Source: Candidatus Aenigmatarchaeota archaeon (GTDB lineage: Archaea > Aenigmatarchaeota > Aenigmatarchaeia > CG10238-14). Taken from it: 64,000 bases of DNA. Below are positions 52,888-61,332 of this stretch, piece after piece (the stretch's first letter is position 1; the number at the start of each line of letters is the position of its first letter). The notes below the pieces were generated by a model. It did not search any database. It was not told the DNA's origin and saw nothing but the letters and a program-made list of their open reading frames with translations. The position numbers and the translations under genes are program-made. Where the stretch lies: positions 12,255 through 76,254 of the forward strand of contig JAHLMN010000005.1 in the NCBI GenBank assembly GCA_018920345.1. The letters are read 5' to 3'.

Positions 52888-54291
52888 ATGGCTGACATTA
52901 ACGATTTAATTTCACAAAAAAAAGAGATAGAAACTCTTCTAAAATCATTAGAAGATGAATATGGAAGAGCTCAAATAAGTGATGCTACTTATAATGAGAT
53001 AAAAAGCAAAAACATGGAAAAATTAAAAAAAATTCAAGAAGAAATAGACAAGCTAGGAGGAAGCGAGCAAGAATCTGTTGAGAAACAAACACCTGTTTCT
53101 GAAGTACAACCACCTCAAGCTGTATCTCAACCCATATCTTCTACAAATTTGGCTATACAGCCTAAAACGACTGCTGATTCAACAAAAATAAAATCTGAAA
53201 TAATGCTGGAAATAAATAAAAAAATAGATACAGAAATAAACAAGCTAAATATTGAGTTAGAAAAGATAAAGGCATTTTTAGATGCTCAAAAAGATTTAAG
53301 AACAGCTACAGATGAAAAATTGCAAAGATTAACAGAAAGTATAGGAGAGCTAAGATCAATGCTTTTCCAAAAAGAGAGTGAAATAGACAAGATGAATGTA
53401 AAGGTTCAAAGGATAGAAGAAGTTTTTAATGATGTAAAGCCAGAGCAATATACAAGAGAGTTGCAGAAGAGAGATAAAGAATTAGCAAATCAAAATTTGC
53501 GTTTAGAGAAGTTAGAAAAAATGAGCTATGATATGGTTAAAGATGTTAATGATATGAGAAATGTTTTTAAGGAAATAGGGAGTGTAGAAAATCTTGTTAA
53601 TGTAAGTAAAAGAATAAACGAAAAGTTCATAAAAATGGAAAATATGCTGAAAGATGTTGAAAAGATATCTGAAAAATTAGAAAAGCATTTTGTTGAGATA
53701 AACAAAAAATTAGAAGAGTTTGAAGAGTACAAAAACAAGCAATTACAAATAGATGGGTTGTCAAAAGATTTGTTAAAGGCAGTAGATGATATAAATATAA
53801 AAATTGGAAAGTTGGCAAGCGAAGAAGAAGTATTTAAACTTAAAGAAATGTTGAACGATTTTACCAAAGATTTAGAAGATGTTAAAAAATCTGTAAAATC
53901 TGGAATACCTTTTGTCGGACCTTTGCCAGAGGAAATACAAAAGTTACAAGAAGAAAAAGACAAAATAAAAACATTTTTAGATTCTATTGACGAGCAATAC
54001 AAATCAAGAGCTATAAAAGAGGAAGAATACAAGAGAATAAGAGAAGCAAACTTGCAAAAGTTAGCTGATATAGATGCTAAAATAAGGGAAAGTATAGAAA
54101 AGATAAAAGGAATACCTAATGTTCAGCCACAACCTATACCACAACCAGTTCAGCAGACACCTCAAATACAAGAGCAACCTCAGCAAGAAGATAAAGCTTC
54201 AAAATTGCTATCAGAATTAAAAGATTTGTACAAAAAAGGTTTGATAAGTGAAAAGGCATATCAAAAGACATCTAGATTACTTATCAAATAG
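52888..54291 (+). CDS. Long coiled-coil protein with three SHOCT-like motifs
   Basis: 467 aa, predominantly heptad-like charged repeats. SHOCT-like motifs: N-terminal LLKSLEDEYGRAQISDATYNEIKSKNMEKL, internal FLDSIDEQYKSRAIKEEEYKRIREANLQKL, C-terminal LLSELKDLYKKGLISEKAYQKTSRLL. Starts 46 nt after the giant gene on the same strand. Confidence 0.65.
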   Translation: MADINDLISQKKEIETLLKSLEDEYGRAQISDATYNEIKSKNMEKLKKIQEEIDKLGGSEQESVEKQTPVSEVQPPQAVSQPISSTNLAIQPKTTADSTKIKSEIMLEINKKIDTEINKLNIELEKIKAFLDAQKDLRTATDEKLQRLTESIGELRSMLFQKESEIDKMNVKVQRIEEVFNDVKPEQYTRELQKRDKELANQNLRLEKLEKMSYDMVKDVNDMRNVFKEIGSVENLVNVSKRINEKFIKMENMLKDVEKISEKLEKHFVEINKKLEEFEEYKNKQLQIDGLSKDLLKAVDDINIKIGKLASEEEVFKLKEMLNDFTKDLEDVKKSVKSGIPFVGPLPEEIQKLQEEKDKIKTFLDSIDEQYKSRAIKEEEYKRIREANLQKLADIDAKIRESIEKIKGIPNVQPQPIPQPVQQTPQIQEQPQQEDKASKLLSELKDLYKKGLISEKAYQKTSRLLIK

Positions 54292-54589
54292 ATTTTTTAC
54301 CAAAAATATAATTTCCCCCCTCTATTCTTAAAGCCTTACCATTAATAATTGCATCGGCAATTTTTTTTCTAGCAGATGAAACAATTCTGTGAAATGTTGG
54401 TTGTGAAACATTCATTTTTTTGGCAGCTTCTTCTTGCTCTAAATCCAAAAAATCCTTTAACCTTAAAGCTTCAATTTCATCGACTGTTAATACAACTTCT
54501 TCCAAATCCACAATTCTTAAACCAGCAGGCTTAAAGTAAGTAATATTAGGCTTAAAAAAAATTCTTCTACATCTTCTAGGTCTTGGCAT
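54284..54589 (-). CDS. DUF134-family putative DNA-binding protein
   Basis: MPRPRRCRRI...KPAGL...LTVDEIEALRLKDFLDLEQEEAAKKMNVSQPTFHRIVSSARKKIADAIINGKAL is the canonical DUF134 pattern. Confidence 0.8.
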   Translation of the reverse strand: MPRPRRCRRIFFKPNITYFKPAGLRIVDLEEVVLTVDEIEALRLKDFLDLEQEEAAKKMNVSQPTFHRIVSSARKKIADAIINGKALRIEGGNYIFGKKSI

Positions 54590-54631
54590 AATTAAATAAA
54601 ATATTTTTTAGCTTAAATAATTAAAAAAGTC

Positions 54632-54904
54632 TTAACCCAAAACCTTCAATTTATTTTCAATTTCCTCCTTTTCTTTTTCTAGGATTTTTATTTCCTCCTT
54701 TATTTCCTCCAATTCTTCTTGTAAAAATTTTTTTTGCTCGTCCATCGACAATTCGGGCATTCTGCTGTAATACCAAGGTTGCAATCTCCAAAACCTTCTG
54801 TTTTTGAAGCCTCTTCTCCATGCTAAACCCTTTCCACATGGACCTAAACCCCTTCCAGTTAAAGGTCCTTCTCCAAACGGACCAGTCCCATCTCTTCCAG
54901 GCAT
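54632..54904 (-). CDS. DUF5320-family protein (frequent partner of DUF134)
   Basis: MPGRDGTGPFGEGPLTGRGLGPCGKG... plus a C-terminal coiled coil. Start chosen at the second Met (54904). The tracked start 54919 would include the upstream repeat. Confidence 0.75.
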   Translation of the reverse strand: MPGRDGTGPFGEGPLTGRGLGPCGKGLAWRRGFKNRRFWRLQPWYYSRMPELSMDEQKKFLQEELEEIKEEIKILEKEKEEIENKLKVLG

Positions 54905-54917
54905 GTTTTTCACCTCC

Positions 54918-54963
54918 ATATTGAATATATATTCATAATTTATATTGAATATATATTCATAAT
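54918..54963. promoter_or_regulatory. Perfect 22-bp tandem direct repeat ATATTGAATATATATTCATAAT x2 (period 24) immediately upstream of the DUF5320/DUF134 operon
   Basis: Copies at 54918-54939 and 54942-54963, read directly from the sequence. Each contains a TATA-like ATATATAT core. Confidence 0.55.
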
Positions 54964-55005
54964 AGTATTTAAACTTATCGTTTTATTGATTCAAAATGTA
55001 TAAAA

Positions 55006-55275
55006 CTAAAAGAAATATTTCATTATTCTATTTGCGATTTCTTTAGCTTTTTCCTCTTCTTTAATACCTCTTATCATGATTTTATTGTTCTTAGAGATAG
55101 ATATTTTTGCTTGACCAATATCTATTAAAGTTAAAAAATCGGTATCAGTTAGAATATTTCCATCAAATTCTTTTAAAATAACTTTTATTAATAATTTTCT
55201 ATCAATTTTTCCTTGAGGTATTATTTCAAATGAGGCATCAGTTTTACATGGTTTAAACATAAAGTAAACTTTCAT
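55006..55275 (-). CDS. Hypothetical small protein (89 aa)
   Basis: ORF with ordinary composition, divergent from the THUMP gene. No confident family. Confidence 0.45.
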   Translation of the reverse strand: MKVYFMFKPCKTDASFEIIPQGKIDRKLLIKVILKEFDGNILTDTDFLTLIDIGQAKISISKNNKIMIRGIKEEEKAKEIANRIMKYFF

Positions 55276-55315
55276 ATCAAAATATTATTTAAATTAAACT
55301 AAAAAACATATTGAT

Positions 55316-56119
55316 ATGAAATACAATTTATTAATTGCAAGATTTTCTGAAATAGCAATAAAATCACATCCTGTTAGAAAAAGACTTTTGAAAATATTGA
55401 TAAAAAACATAAAAAAAGCGATGTTAAAAAACAAAATAGAGGCAGTCGTATATGCTAAATGGGAAAGAATATTTGTTGAAACAAAAAACATAAAAAAAGC
55501 AACAAACATCTTAAAACATATTTTTGGAATAGTTTCGATATCACCAGTAATAAAATTAAAATTATCTAATCTGGAAAAAACTATAAAAAATTATGCTCAT
55601 ATGGCTAAAAATAAAAACTTTGCTGTAAGAGTTAAAAGAGTAGGAAATCACGATTTTACAAGCAGAGATATGGAAAAAAAACTAGGTTCTATAATTTTAA
55701 GTAAAATTAATGCTAAAGTTAACTTAGAAAAACCTGATATTACATTTTATGTAGAAATAAGAAATGATGACGCATATTTATATTTTGATGTGATTCCTGG
55801 TCCAGGTGGAATGCCTTTAGGAAGTGAGCAAAAGGTTTTTTGTGAAATTAAAAATAAAAGAGATCTAGTAGCTTGTTGGTTAATGATGAAGAGAGGTTGC
55901 AAAGTTGTCATATTTCCAAAAATATCTATAAAACCATTAAAAAAATGGCTATATGGTGAGCATAAGATAATAAAGAAATTAGATGAATTTTGCTTGAAAT
56001 TACCAAAGGTATCAGGAGATTCTTTGAAGAAAATCAAAATAAATGGTATAAAATTTTATCCAATCTGCTGCTTGACACAGGAAGAGATAGATAAAATATT
56101 TAAAAAAATAAATAATTAA
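55316..56119 (+). CDS. ThiI-like THUMP-domain protein with degenerate PP-loop
   Basis: The N-terminal ferredoxin-like and THUMP region resembles ThiI (MKYNLLIARFSEIAIKS..., FAVRVKRVGNHDFTS..., EKPDITFYVEIRNDDAYLY). VACWLMMKRGCKVV matches the ThiI segment after the PP-loop. The SGGxDS motif position reads EIKNKRDL instead. At 267 aa the protein is also shorter than ThiI. Confidence 0.6.
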   Translation: MKYNLLIARFSEIAIKSHPVRKRLLKILIKNIKKAMLKNKIEAVVYAKWERIFVETKNIKKATNILKHIFGIVSISPVIKLKLSNLEKTIKNYAHMAKNKNFAVRVKRVGNHDFTSRDMEKKLGSIILSKINAKVNLEKPDITFYVEIRNDDAYLYFDVIPGPGGMPLGSEQKVFCEIKNKRDLVACWLMMKRGCKVVIFPKISIKPLKKWLYGEHKIIKKLDEFCLKLPKVSGDSLKKIKINGIKFYPICCLTQEEIDKIFKKINN

Positions 56120-56121
56120 TT

Positions 56122-56493
56122 GTGAAAAGAGCAACAAAAAAACAAATAGATGAGGCAATAGATAAAGTATTCCAAGAAAGAAATTATATAAAAACTTTAA
56201 AGCAAGTTCACGAATATGTTAATGAAAAAATAAAACCTGTTAGAATTTCTTTACCAAGACTTAAAAAAATTCTTTTAAAAAGAAAAGATATAGTTGTAAA
56301 AGTAAAAAAGAGAGAGTTAAAAAACAAAAAAATAGAAAATTGTCCTGTTTGTGGTTGTGAATTTGAAAAAATTTTTGGTTTAGATGCTTTTGGACAAAAA
56401 AGACACATAGGCTATAAATGTAAATGTTGTAATTTTAAAATAGGGCTATTTTATTCTGTGCCTTACGAGTATTTATTTAAGAGAAAAGAATAA
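56122..56493 (+). CDS. Zinc-ribbon hypothetical protein (GTG start)
   Basis: CPVCGCEF...CKCCNF double CxxC, and a basic N-terminal half. Confidence 0.5.
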   Translation: MKRATKKQIDEAIDKVFQERNYIKTLKQVHEYVNEKIKPVRISLPRLKKILLKRKDIVVKVKKRELKNKKIENCPVCGCEFEKIFGLDAFGQKRHIGYKCKCCNFKIGLFYSVPYEYLFKRKE

Positions 56494-56513
56494 ATAATTT
56501 TATCTTAATATTA

Positions 56514-56786
56514 TTGGTGCCAATATCGGTGATAATAATGGTTTATAGAGGAAATAATGGTAAAATTTATACGGTTGATCAAAAAGGTCAATTAACAGAT
56601 GAGGAAGGAAGAAAAATTTTTTTTACAGGTACAAGGAGAGCATTATTGACTTGTCCAGATGGTAGTGAGAGAGAAACACAAATATCTTATTTTCAAGGTG
56701 TTATAGGTGAATGTGTGGATGAAAAAGGAAAGATACTAGATGTATTATATTCAGGAACTAAAATAAAAATAGACCCTAAATTTTAA
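56514..56786 (+). CDS. Hypothetical small protein
   Basis: 90-aa ORF. No family recognised. Confidence 0.4.
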   Translation: MVPISVIIMVYRGNNGKIYTVDQKGQLTDEEGRKIFFTGTRRALLTCPDGSERETQISYFQGVIGECVDEKGKILDVLYSGTKIKIDPKF

Positions 56787-57309
56787 TAAAATTCAACACT
56801 TTTTCTAAAACTTCTTTTTCACTCATATTGCTTGTATCAATAACTAAATCAGCCATTTCTTTTTGTTTTCTATAATCTATTCCATAATCCTTCTTCCATT
56901 CCTCCACTTCTAATTTTTCTCTTTCTTTTAAGGCCTTCAAAGCCTCTTTATAACTTATACCATCTCTTTGAGCAGTTCTTTTAGCTCTTTCTTTTATAGC
57001 ACAGTCCAGCCAAATTTTATAATCAGCAATATCTTTAAGCATCAAAATAGATAATTTGCCACAAATCACTATATTACCTTTTTTTGCAAGTCTTTTCTGC
57101 ATTTCATCTATACTTTCATGAAAATTTTTTTCTTTACCTTTACCTGATTTGAAAACATCCAAGGCCTTTGAAGTTTGATTGTTTTTATTAGAATGGTCTT
57201 TAAAATATTCTCCTGGAGAAAAATACTTCAAATTTAATTTTTCAGCCAAAAGTTTTGATAGTGTTGATGAACCAGAACCTGGTAAACCAGAAACAGCTAT
57301 TACAACCAC
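56776..57309 (-). CDS. cmk: Archaeal-type cytidylate kinase
   Basis: VIAVSGLPGSGSSTLSKLLAEKLNLKYFSPGEYF P-loop and overall length match archaeal Cmk. A related adenylate kinase-like family cannot be excluded. Confidence 0.7.
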   Translation of the reverse strand: MVVIAVSGLPGSGSSTLSKLLAEKLNLKYFSPGEYFKDHSNKNNQTSKALDVFKSGKGKEKNFHESIDEMQKRLAKKGNIVICGKLSILMLKDIADYKIWLDCAIKERAKRTAQRDGISYKEALKALKEREKLEVEEWKKDYGIDYRKQKEMADLVIDTSNMSEKEVLEKVLNFIKI

Positions 57310-57510
57310 TCAACCACCACTTATTACTTTTAAGAACTCTATTTTATCCTTTTCATTAATTTTTTCATCTTCCGGAACTATAACATCATTGACTTTAACT
57401 ATATAATTTGAAAGTATAATACCATTTTTTCTTGCTAATTCTGCTATACTCATACCTTTTTCAGCTTTTAATTGTTTAACTTTTCCTTCGAAAATAACCT
57501 TAATTTTCAT
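57310..57510 (-). CDS. ThiS/MoaD-family ubiquitin-like small protein ending in Gly-Gly (SAMP-like)
   Basis: 66 aa, a beta-grasp-sized protein, ending ...FLKVISGG* directly upstream of cmk. Confidence 0.7.
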   Translation of the reverse strand: MKIKVIFEGKVKQLKAEKGMSIAELARKNGIILSNYIVKVNDVIVPEDEKINEKDKIEFLKVISGG

Positions 57511-57539
57511 AGAAATTAATAATGTTAATATAGATAAAA

Positions 57540-57917
57540 ATGTTTAAATTCGACTTACTTCGTCAAGTAATAGGCCTTTCTTTAATCTTATTTTCCTGGT
57601 TAGATCCATTTTATTGGGGTGAAGAATTTCAAATAGTTTCTTTTATTTTAGGTTTTGATATGATGACTTTATTTCCAAAAATAATAATTTTCGGTATAGA
57701 TTATTTCTGGGATATTTCAGGTTATGGTTTATTCTTGCTTTTACAAGTGATAGAAGATTTGATATTTGACTTTTTCACTTTAGGTAGAATAATTGAACTT
57801 ATAGTAAAGCCAGGAATAGTTTTTTTAATAATATTCTTAAATGGCTTTGGCTTTTGGCTAGCATCTATTGCAGCAGTAATAGATTTTATTTTTAATTTTC
57901 AAAAGAAAAAAATATAA
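57540..57917 (+). CDS. Hypothetical integral membrane protein
   Basis: Several hydrophobic helices. No family recognised. Confidence 0.5.
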   Translation: MFKFDLLRQVIGLSLILFSWLDPFYWGEEFQIVSFILGFDMMTLFPKIIIFGIDYFWDISGYGLFLLLQVIEDLIFDFFTLGRIIELIVKPGIVFLIIFLNGFGFWLASIAAVIDFIFNFQKKKI

Positions 57918-57971
57918 CTTGAAAATCATTAAAGCATTTAAACTCTTTAAAAATCAATATTTATTGAAAAT

Positions 57972-58055
57972 GCTGGAGTCGCCTAACCTGGTATGGCACA
58001 GGCCTGGAGAGCCTGCGGGCGAAAGCCCTTGCGTGTTCAAATCACGCCTCCAGCG
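57972..58055 (+). tRNA. tRNA-Ser (anticodon GGA), class II with long variable arm; no encoded CCA
   Basis: Hand-folded. Acceptor GCUGGAG/CUCCAGC (7 bp). D-stem GCC/GGC with a GG-containing loop. Anticodon stem CAGGC/GCCUG with loop CUGGAGA. Variable arm GGGC-GAAA-GCCC. T-arm GCGUG-UUCAAAU-CACGC. Discriminator G. A T-rich tract follows. Confidence 0.85.
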
Positions 58056-58098
58056 CTTTTTCTTTTATATTTTCAGTTTAATTATTAAATTTTTGAAA

Positions 58099-58173
58099 GG
58101 GGCAGTAGTATAGCTTGGTCTAGTATTCCAGCTTGGGGTGCTGGCGACCCGAGTTCAAATCTCGGCTGCCCCA
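58099..58173 (+). tRNA. tRNA-Pro (anticodon GGG); no encoded CCA
   Basis: Hand-folded. Acceptor GGGGCAG/CUGCCCC. Anticodon stem CCAGC/GCUGG with loop UUGGGGU. T-arm CCGAG-UUCAAAU-CUCGG. Discriminator A. The D-stem has two G-U pairs. Confidence 0.8.
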
Positions 58174-58507
58174 CTTATTAATATTAAAAATATTTAGAAG
58201 CAAAAGCAATCTGATATAGATTGATTATAAATAAAAACCTAAGGCCATGCTCTATAATTAGATGAGTTTGGTTTTTTAAAAAAGAATTTTATTAAAAATA
58301 ATTAACAAAATTAGATTTAACAAGTTAAAACTATTTTTAATTTTATAAATAACATTCTATACAAAGATAAAAATTATTATTTTTATTAATCAAGAAATAA
58401 ATTATATATTAAAAATCTATAACAAAATTTTTATTAATAATAATTTTAGCGATAATAATTTTATTTTCAGTAAAAAAATTAAAAATTTTTCTATTTAAAA
58501 AACAATT

Positions 58508-59779
58508 ATGAATATCACTAAAAGAATATTATTAGGAATTACAGCTTTAGGTATTGCTTTAAACTCTGGATGTTTGCCATACAATGGACAAAATGAATTA
58601 AGACAAACTAATCCTCGTGTTGTTCAAACACAACAAACACCAACCTATTTACAAACTCCACCATATCCAACACCTTTTACACCAACAGTAACCCCTGAAA
58701 ATTTTGCTAGAGATTATTTAAGAACAGCTACAACAACAGCCACTCAAACACCAACAGCCACTCAAACAAGTCAGATAAAACCATATGATATTGATAAAGT
58801 TTGTGTTATTAAAGGAACTTATATATTAGAGTCTGATTCATTTTCACCGCATTTATTTTTTTCAGAAAAATACACAACGCCTTATACTGAAGGACCTTCT
58901 ACTAAAATTACAGATTTAAATTACGCATTAGGTATATCGACTGATATTACAAAAATTATTGTAGGCAAAAATCAAGAGGTTTTTATTACTTCTCCTTATT
59001 TTGAAGTTGAAAAAACAGCATGGGGAGTATACACAAAACCATCAATTGGCGCAATTGAAAAATATGATCCAAACAATAAAGATCATCAACAATTTATTAA
59101 AGCTTTACAACTATATATGAGAGGTTCTTCTTTAAAAGAAATAGCTACAGTGGAAGGTGCAATAGAAAAAATAGATAATTATGATATCTTATCGCTAAAA
59201 AAAGGTGAAGAAGGATATATAAAATTAATATATGAATTCTTTTTAGCTTTGAATAATATAAACTATTTTGATTTAAGTTTACAAGAACAAGAAATTGAAA
59301 ATTTAGGTTGGATGATTGAAGATCTAAAATTTTTAGGTGTAATTTCAGATAAAGATTTGGCAAATTTATCAAAGGATCAAATAAGAAATTATTTAGAACA
59401 AAATTTAGATAAAAAAGTGAGTATAAAATTAAAAAAAGGAGATGAAAAAATTACTATAGGTGATTTAACAGATAATCCGAGTTATCATTCACCCATAACA
59501 TTAGGTCAAGTAGTAACAGCTTTAAATGTTTTTCATAGAGATAAAAGAGGCATATTATTAATGCTAGATGAATCTAATAAAACATTAAAAGTTACTGGTG
59601 ATCAGAAAGAAGATAATAATATTTATTGTTTAAAAGTAGATGAAGATAGAATTTATTCATCAGGCAAACCAATAGATCAAAAACCAGATTATCTTAAAAT
59701 TACAAATTTTCAAGTTATGGGAAAAAATTATGAAAAACAAAAACAAATTTTATCTGAACTTTTAGGAATAAACAATTAA
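58508..59779 (+). CDS. Putative lipoprotein / surface protein with Thr-Pro-rich linker
   Basis: Signal peptide with lipobox-like LNSGC, and a TPTATQT-rich linker. Paralogue of the partial gene at 63535. Confidence 0.6.
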   Translation: MNITKRILLGITALGIALNSGCLPYNGQNELRQTNPRVVQTQQTPTYLQTPPYPTPFTPTVTPENFARDYLRTATTTATQTPTATQTSQIKPYDIDKVCVIKGTYILESDSFSPHLFFSEKYTTPYTEGPSTKITDLNYALGISTDITKIIVGKNQEVFITSPYFEVEKTAWGVYTKPSIGAIEKYDPNNKDHQQFIKALQLYMRGSSLKEIATVEGAIEKIDNYDILSLKKGEEGYIKLIYEFFLALNNINYFDLSLQEQEIENLGWMIEDLKFLGVISDKDLANLSKDQIRNYLEQNLDKKVSIKLKKGDEKITIGDLTDNPSYHSPITLGQVVTALNVFHRDKRGILLMLDESNKTLKVTGDQKEDNNIYCLKVDEDRIYSSGKPIDQKPDYLKITNFQVMGKNYEKQKQILSELLGINN

Positions 59780-59954
59780 TTTATTTCTTATAATGTAACA
59801 CCTAGAGCAAGTAAACCATCTGTAATCAAATTTACAATCAAAATATGCATAGCCAAAAGCAAAATAATCCTAAAAAGAATTAGGCAGTCAATATTAAAAC
59901 CTCACAAAGCCTTCAAGACATCCACTATTTTAGAATTGTGATTTTTAGCTGATT

Positions 59955-60569
59955 TTACTTTAGATTAGATTCTATAGTTTCTTTTATTTCATCAAATTTA
60001 ATAACACCTTCTCTAATAAGTCTTGGAGGATAAGATGATACATCTACTATTGTTGAAGGCATTTTAACTTCACATTCACCTTTGTCAATTATCAAATCAA
60101 CTTTATTTTTTATTTCATCACTTATATCATCAATTTTGACAGGTGGTTTTTCTCCAGAAATATTAGCTGATGTAGAAGTTATAGGCTTGTTAAAATTAGA
60201 AATTAATTTTAAAGCAAAATCATTTTTAGGTATTCTTATACCAACTTTTATACCACCTTGATAGACATTTTCATCTATACTATCATCCTTTATGCTTAGA
60301 ACTAGAGACAAAGGTCCAGGTAAATATTTTTTTGCTAAAATATCAGCATATTTATTCCACCAAACATACTTTTTTGCCATTTCAATACTAGAGAAAGCTA
60401 TTAGCAAAGGTTTAAATTTATCCCTTCTCTTTATTTCAAATATCTTATTTATAGCCGAATGATTAGTAGCATCTGCACCTAAACCGTAAACTGTTTCCGT
60501 AGGATAAATTATTACTCCACCTGATCTAAGGGTTCTTATAGCTTTGTTTAACAAAATTTCATCATTCAT
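59955..60569 (-). CDS. tsaC: L-threonylcarbamoyladenylate synthase (Sua5/YrdC/TsaC family)
   Basis: GGVIIYPTETVYGLGADA...KPLLIAFSS... is the classic YrdC/Sua5 signature. Confidence 0.85.
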   Translation of the reverse strand: MNDEILLNKAIRTLRSGGVIIYPTETVYGLGADATNHSAINKIFEIKRRDKFKPLLIAFSSIEMAKKYVWWNKYADILAKKYLPGPLSLVLSIKDDSIDENVYQGGIKVGIRIPKNDFALKLISNFNKPITSTSANISGEKPPVKIDDISDEIKNKVDLIIDKGECEVKMPSTIVDVSSYPPRLIREGVIKFDEIKETIESNLK

Positions 60570-60581
60570 AAACCCTCAGAA

Positions 60582-61271
60582 TTACCTCTTTTTTTTAACT
60601 TTTTTAGCTTTTTGCTCTGTTTGTGGTTTTATTTTAGCTAGTTGATCAACAAGCTTTTCTGCAGGCGTATGAAGTATTTCATCTATTTTACCAGGTGTAA
60701 ATCCTGATTGTTTTACTAATTCCTCTATTTCTATCATCTCCTTTCTTATCCTAGCTAAGCTTTTACATGCCTTGAATTTATAGAAAGCTGCTGTCTCTTC
60801 ATCTACACCCCAACCAACACTGTCAAACCTATCTATTTCTTGAACAAACTCCTTTAATTTTGTTTTAGCTTTTGAATATAGGTCAAGCAAGTCAAATATT
60901 TCACTACTATTCATACTTACTTTTGAAACTACCGTCTTGAATTCTCTTATTCTTCTTTCAATATCCTCTGCTTCTAAATCTATTTTTATACACAAGTTTT
61001 CTAGGGTCATGTTTTTTGATGGTGTCGTTTCTTTTGGCATCAAATTTTCCAAATCACTCAATTCTGTTTCTATTTTTGAAAAATCTGTTTCAGGTATTTC
61101 TATTTCTTTTTGAGATATTTCTAATGCTTCTGTTGATTCTTGAGGTTTATTTTCTTGAGGCATTTCTTCCTTAATTTGCTCATCTTGTGGTACATTTAAT
61201 TCTTTTGTATCCAAAGGAGGTAGTGACAAATCATCTAGATTTTCTTTTTTCTTTTTGAACAAACCAAACAT
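60582..61271 (-). CDS. Hypothetical protein with acidic N-terminal half and basic C-terminal tail
   Basis: 229-aa ORF. No family recognised. Confidence 0.5.
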   Translation of the reverse strand: MFGLFKKKKENLDDLSLPPLDTKELNVPQDEQIKEEMPQENKPQESTEALEISQKEIEIPETDFSKIETELSDLENLMPKETTPSKNMTLENLCIKIDLEAEDIERRIREFKTVVSKVSMNSSEIFDLLDLYSKAKTKLKEFVQEIDRFDSVGWGVDEETAAFYKFKACKSLARIRKEMIEIEELVKQSGFTPGKIDEILHTPAEKLVDQLAKIKPQTEQKAKKVKKKR

Positions 61272-61332
61272 AATAATTTTATTCTTTTTCTAGTTTAAAT
61301 AAATTTTTTATTTCAGAAAAAAATATAAAATT

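Noticed and set aside
53526-54032. Tracked minus-strand 168-aa ORF, and the many 60-140-aa minus-strand ORFs inside 19062-52841.
   Set aside because: All are antisense to long, well-supported + strand genes and have low-complexity translations.
54918-54963. Considered whether the 22-bp direct repeat is a CRISPR fragment.
   Set aside because: There are only two copies with a 2-bp gap, no spacers and no cas genes. It is a promoter-proximal tandem repeat.
57919-58113. Tracked + strand 64-aa ORF.
   Set aside because: It overlaps both tRNA genes. The region is explained by tRNA-Ser and tRNA-Pro.
58174-58507. Looked for an integrase, att repeats or a ncRNA in the AT-rich tract after tRNA-Pro.
   Set aside because: No ORF, no tRNA-end direct repeat within the window and no convincing secondary structure. 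Reported only as a compositional oddity.
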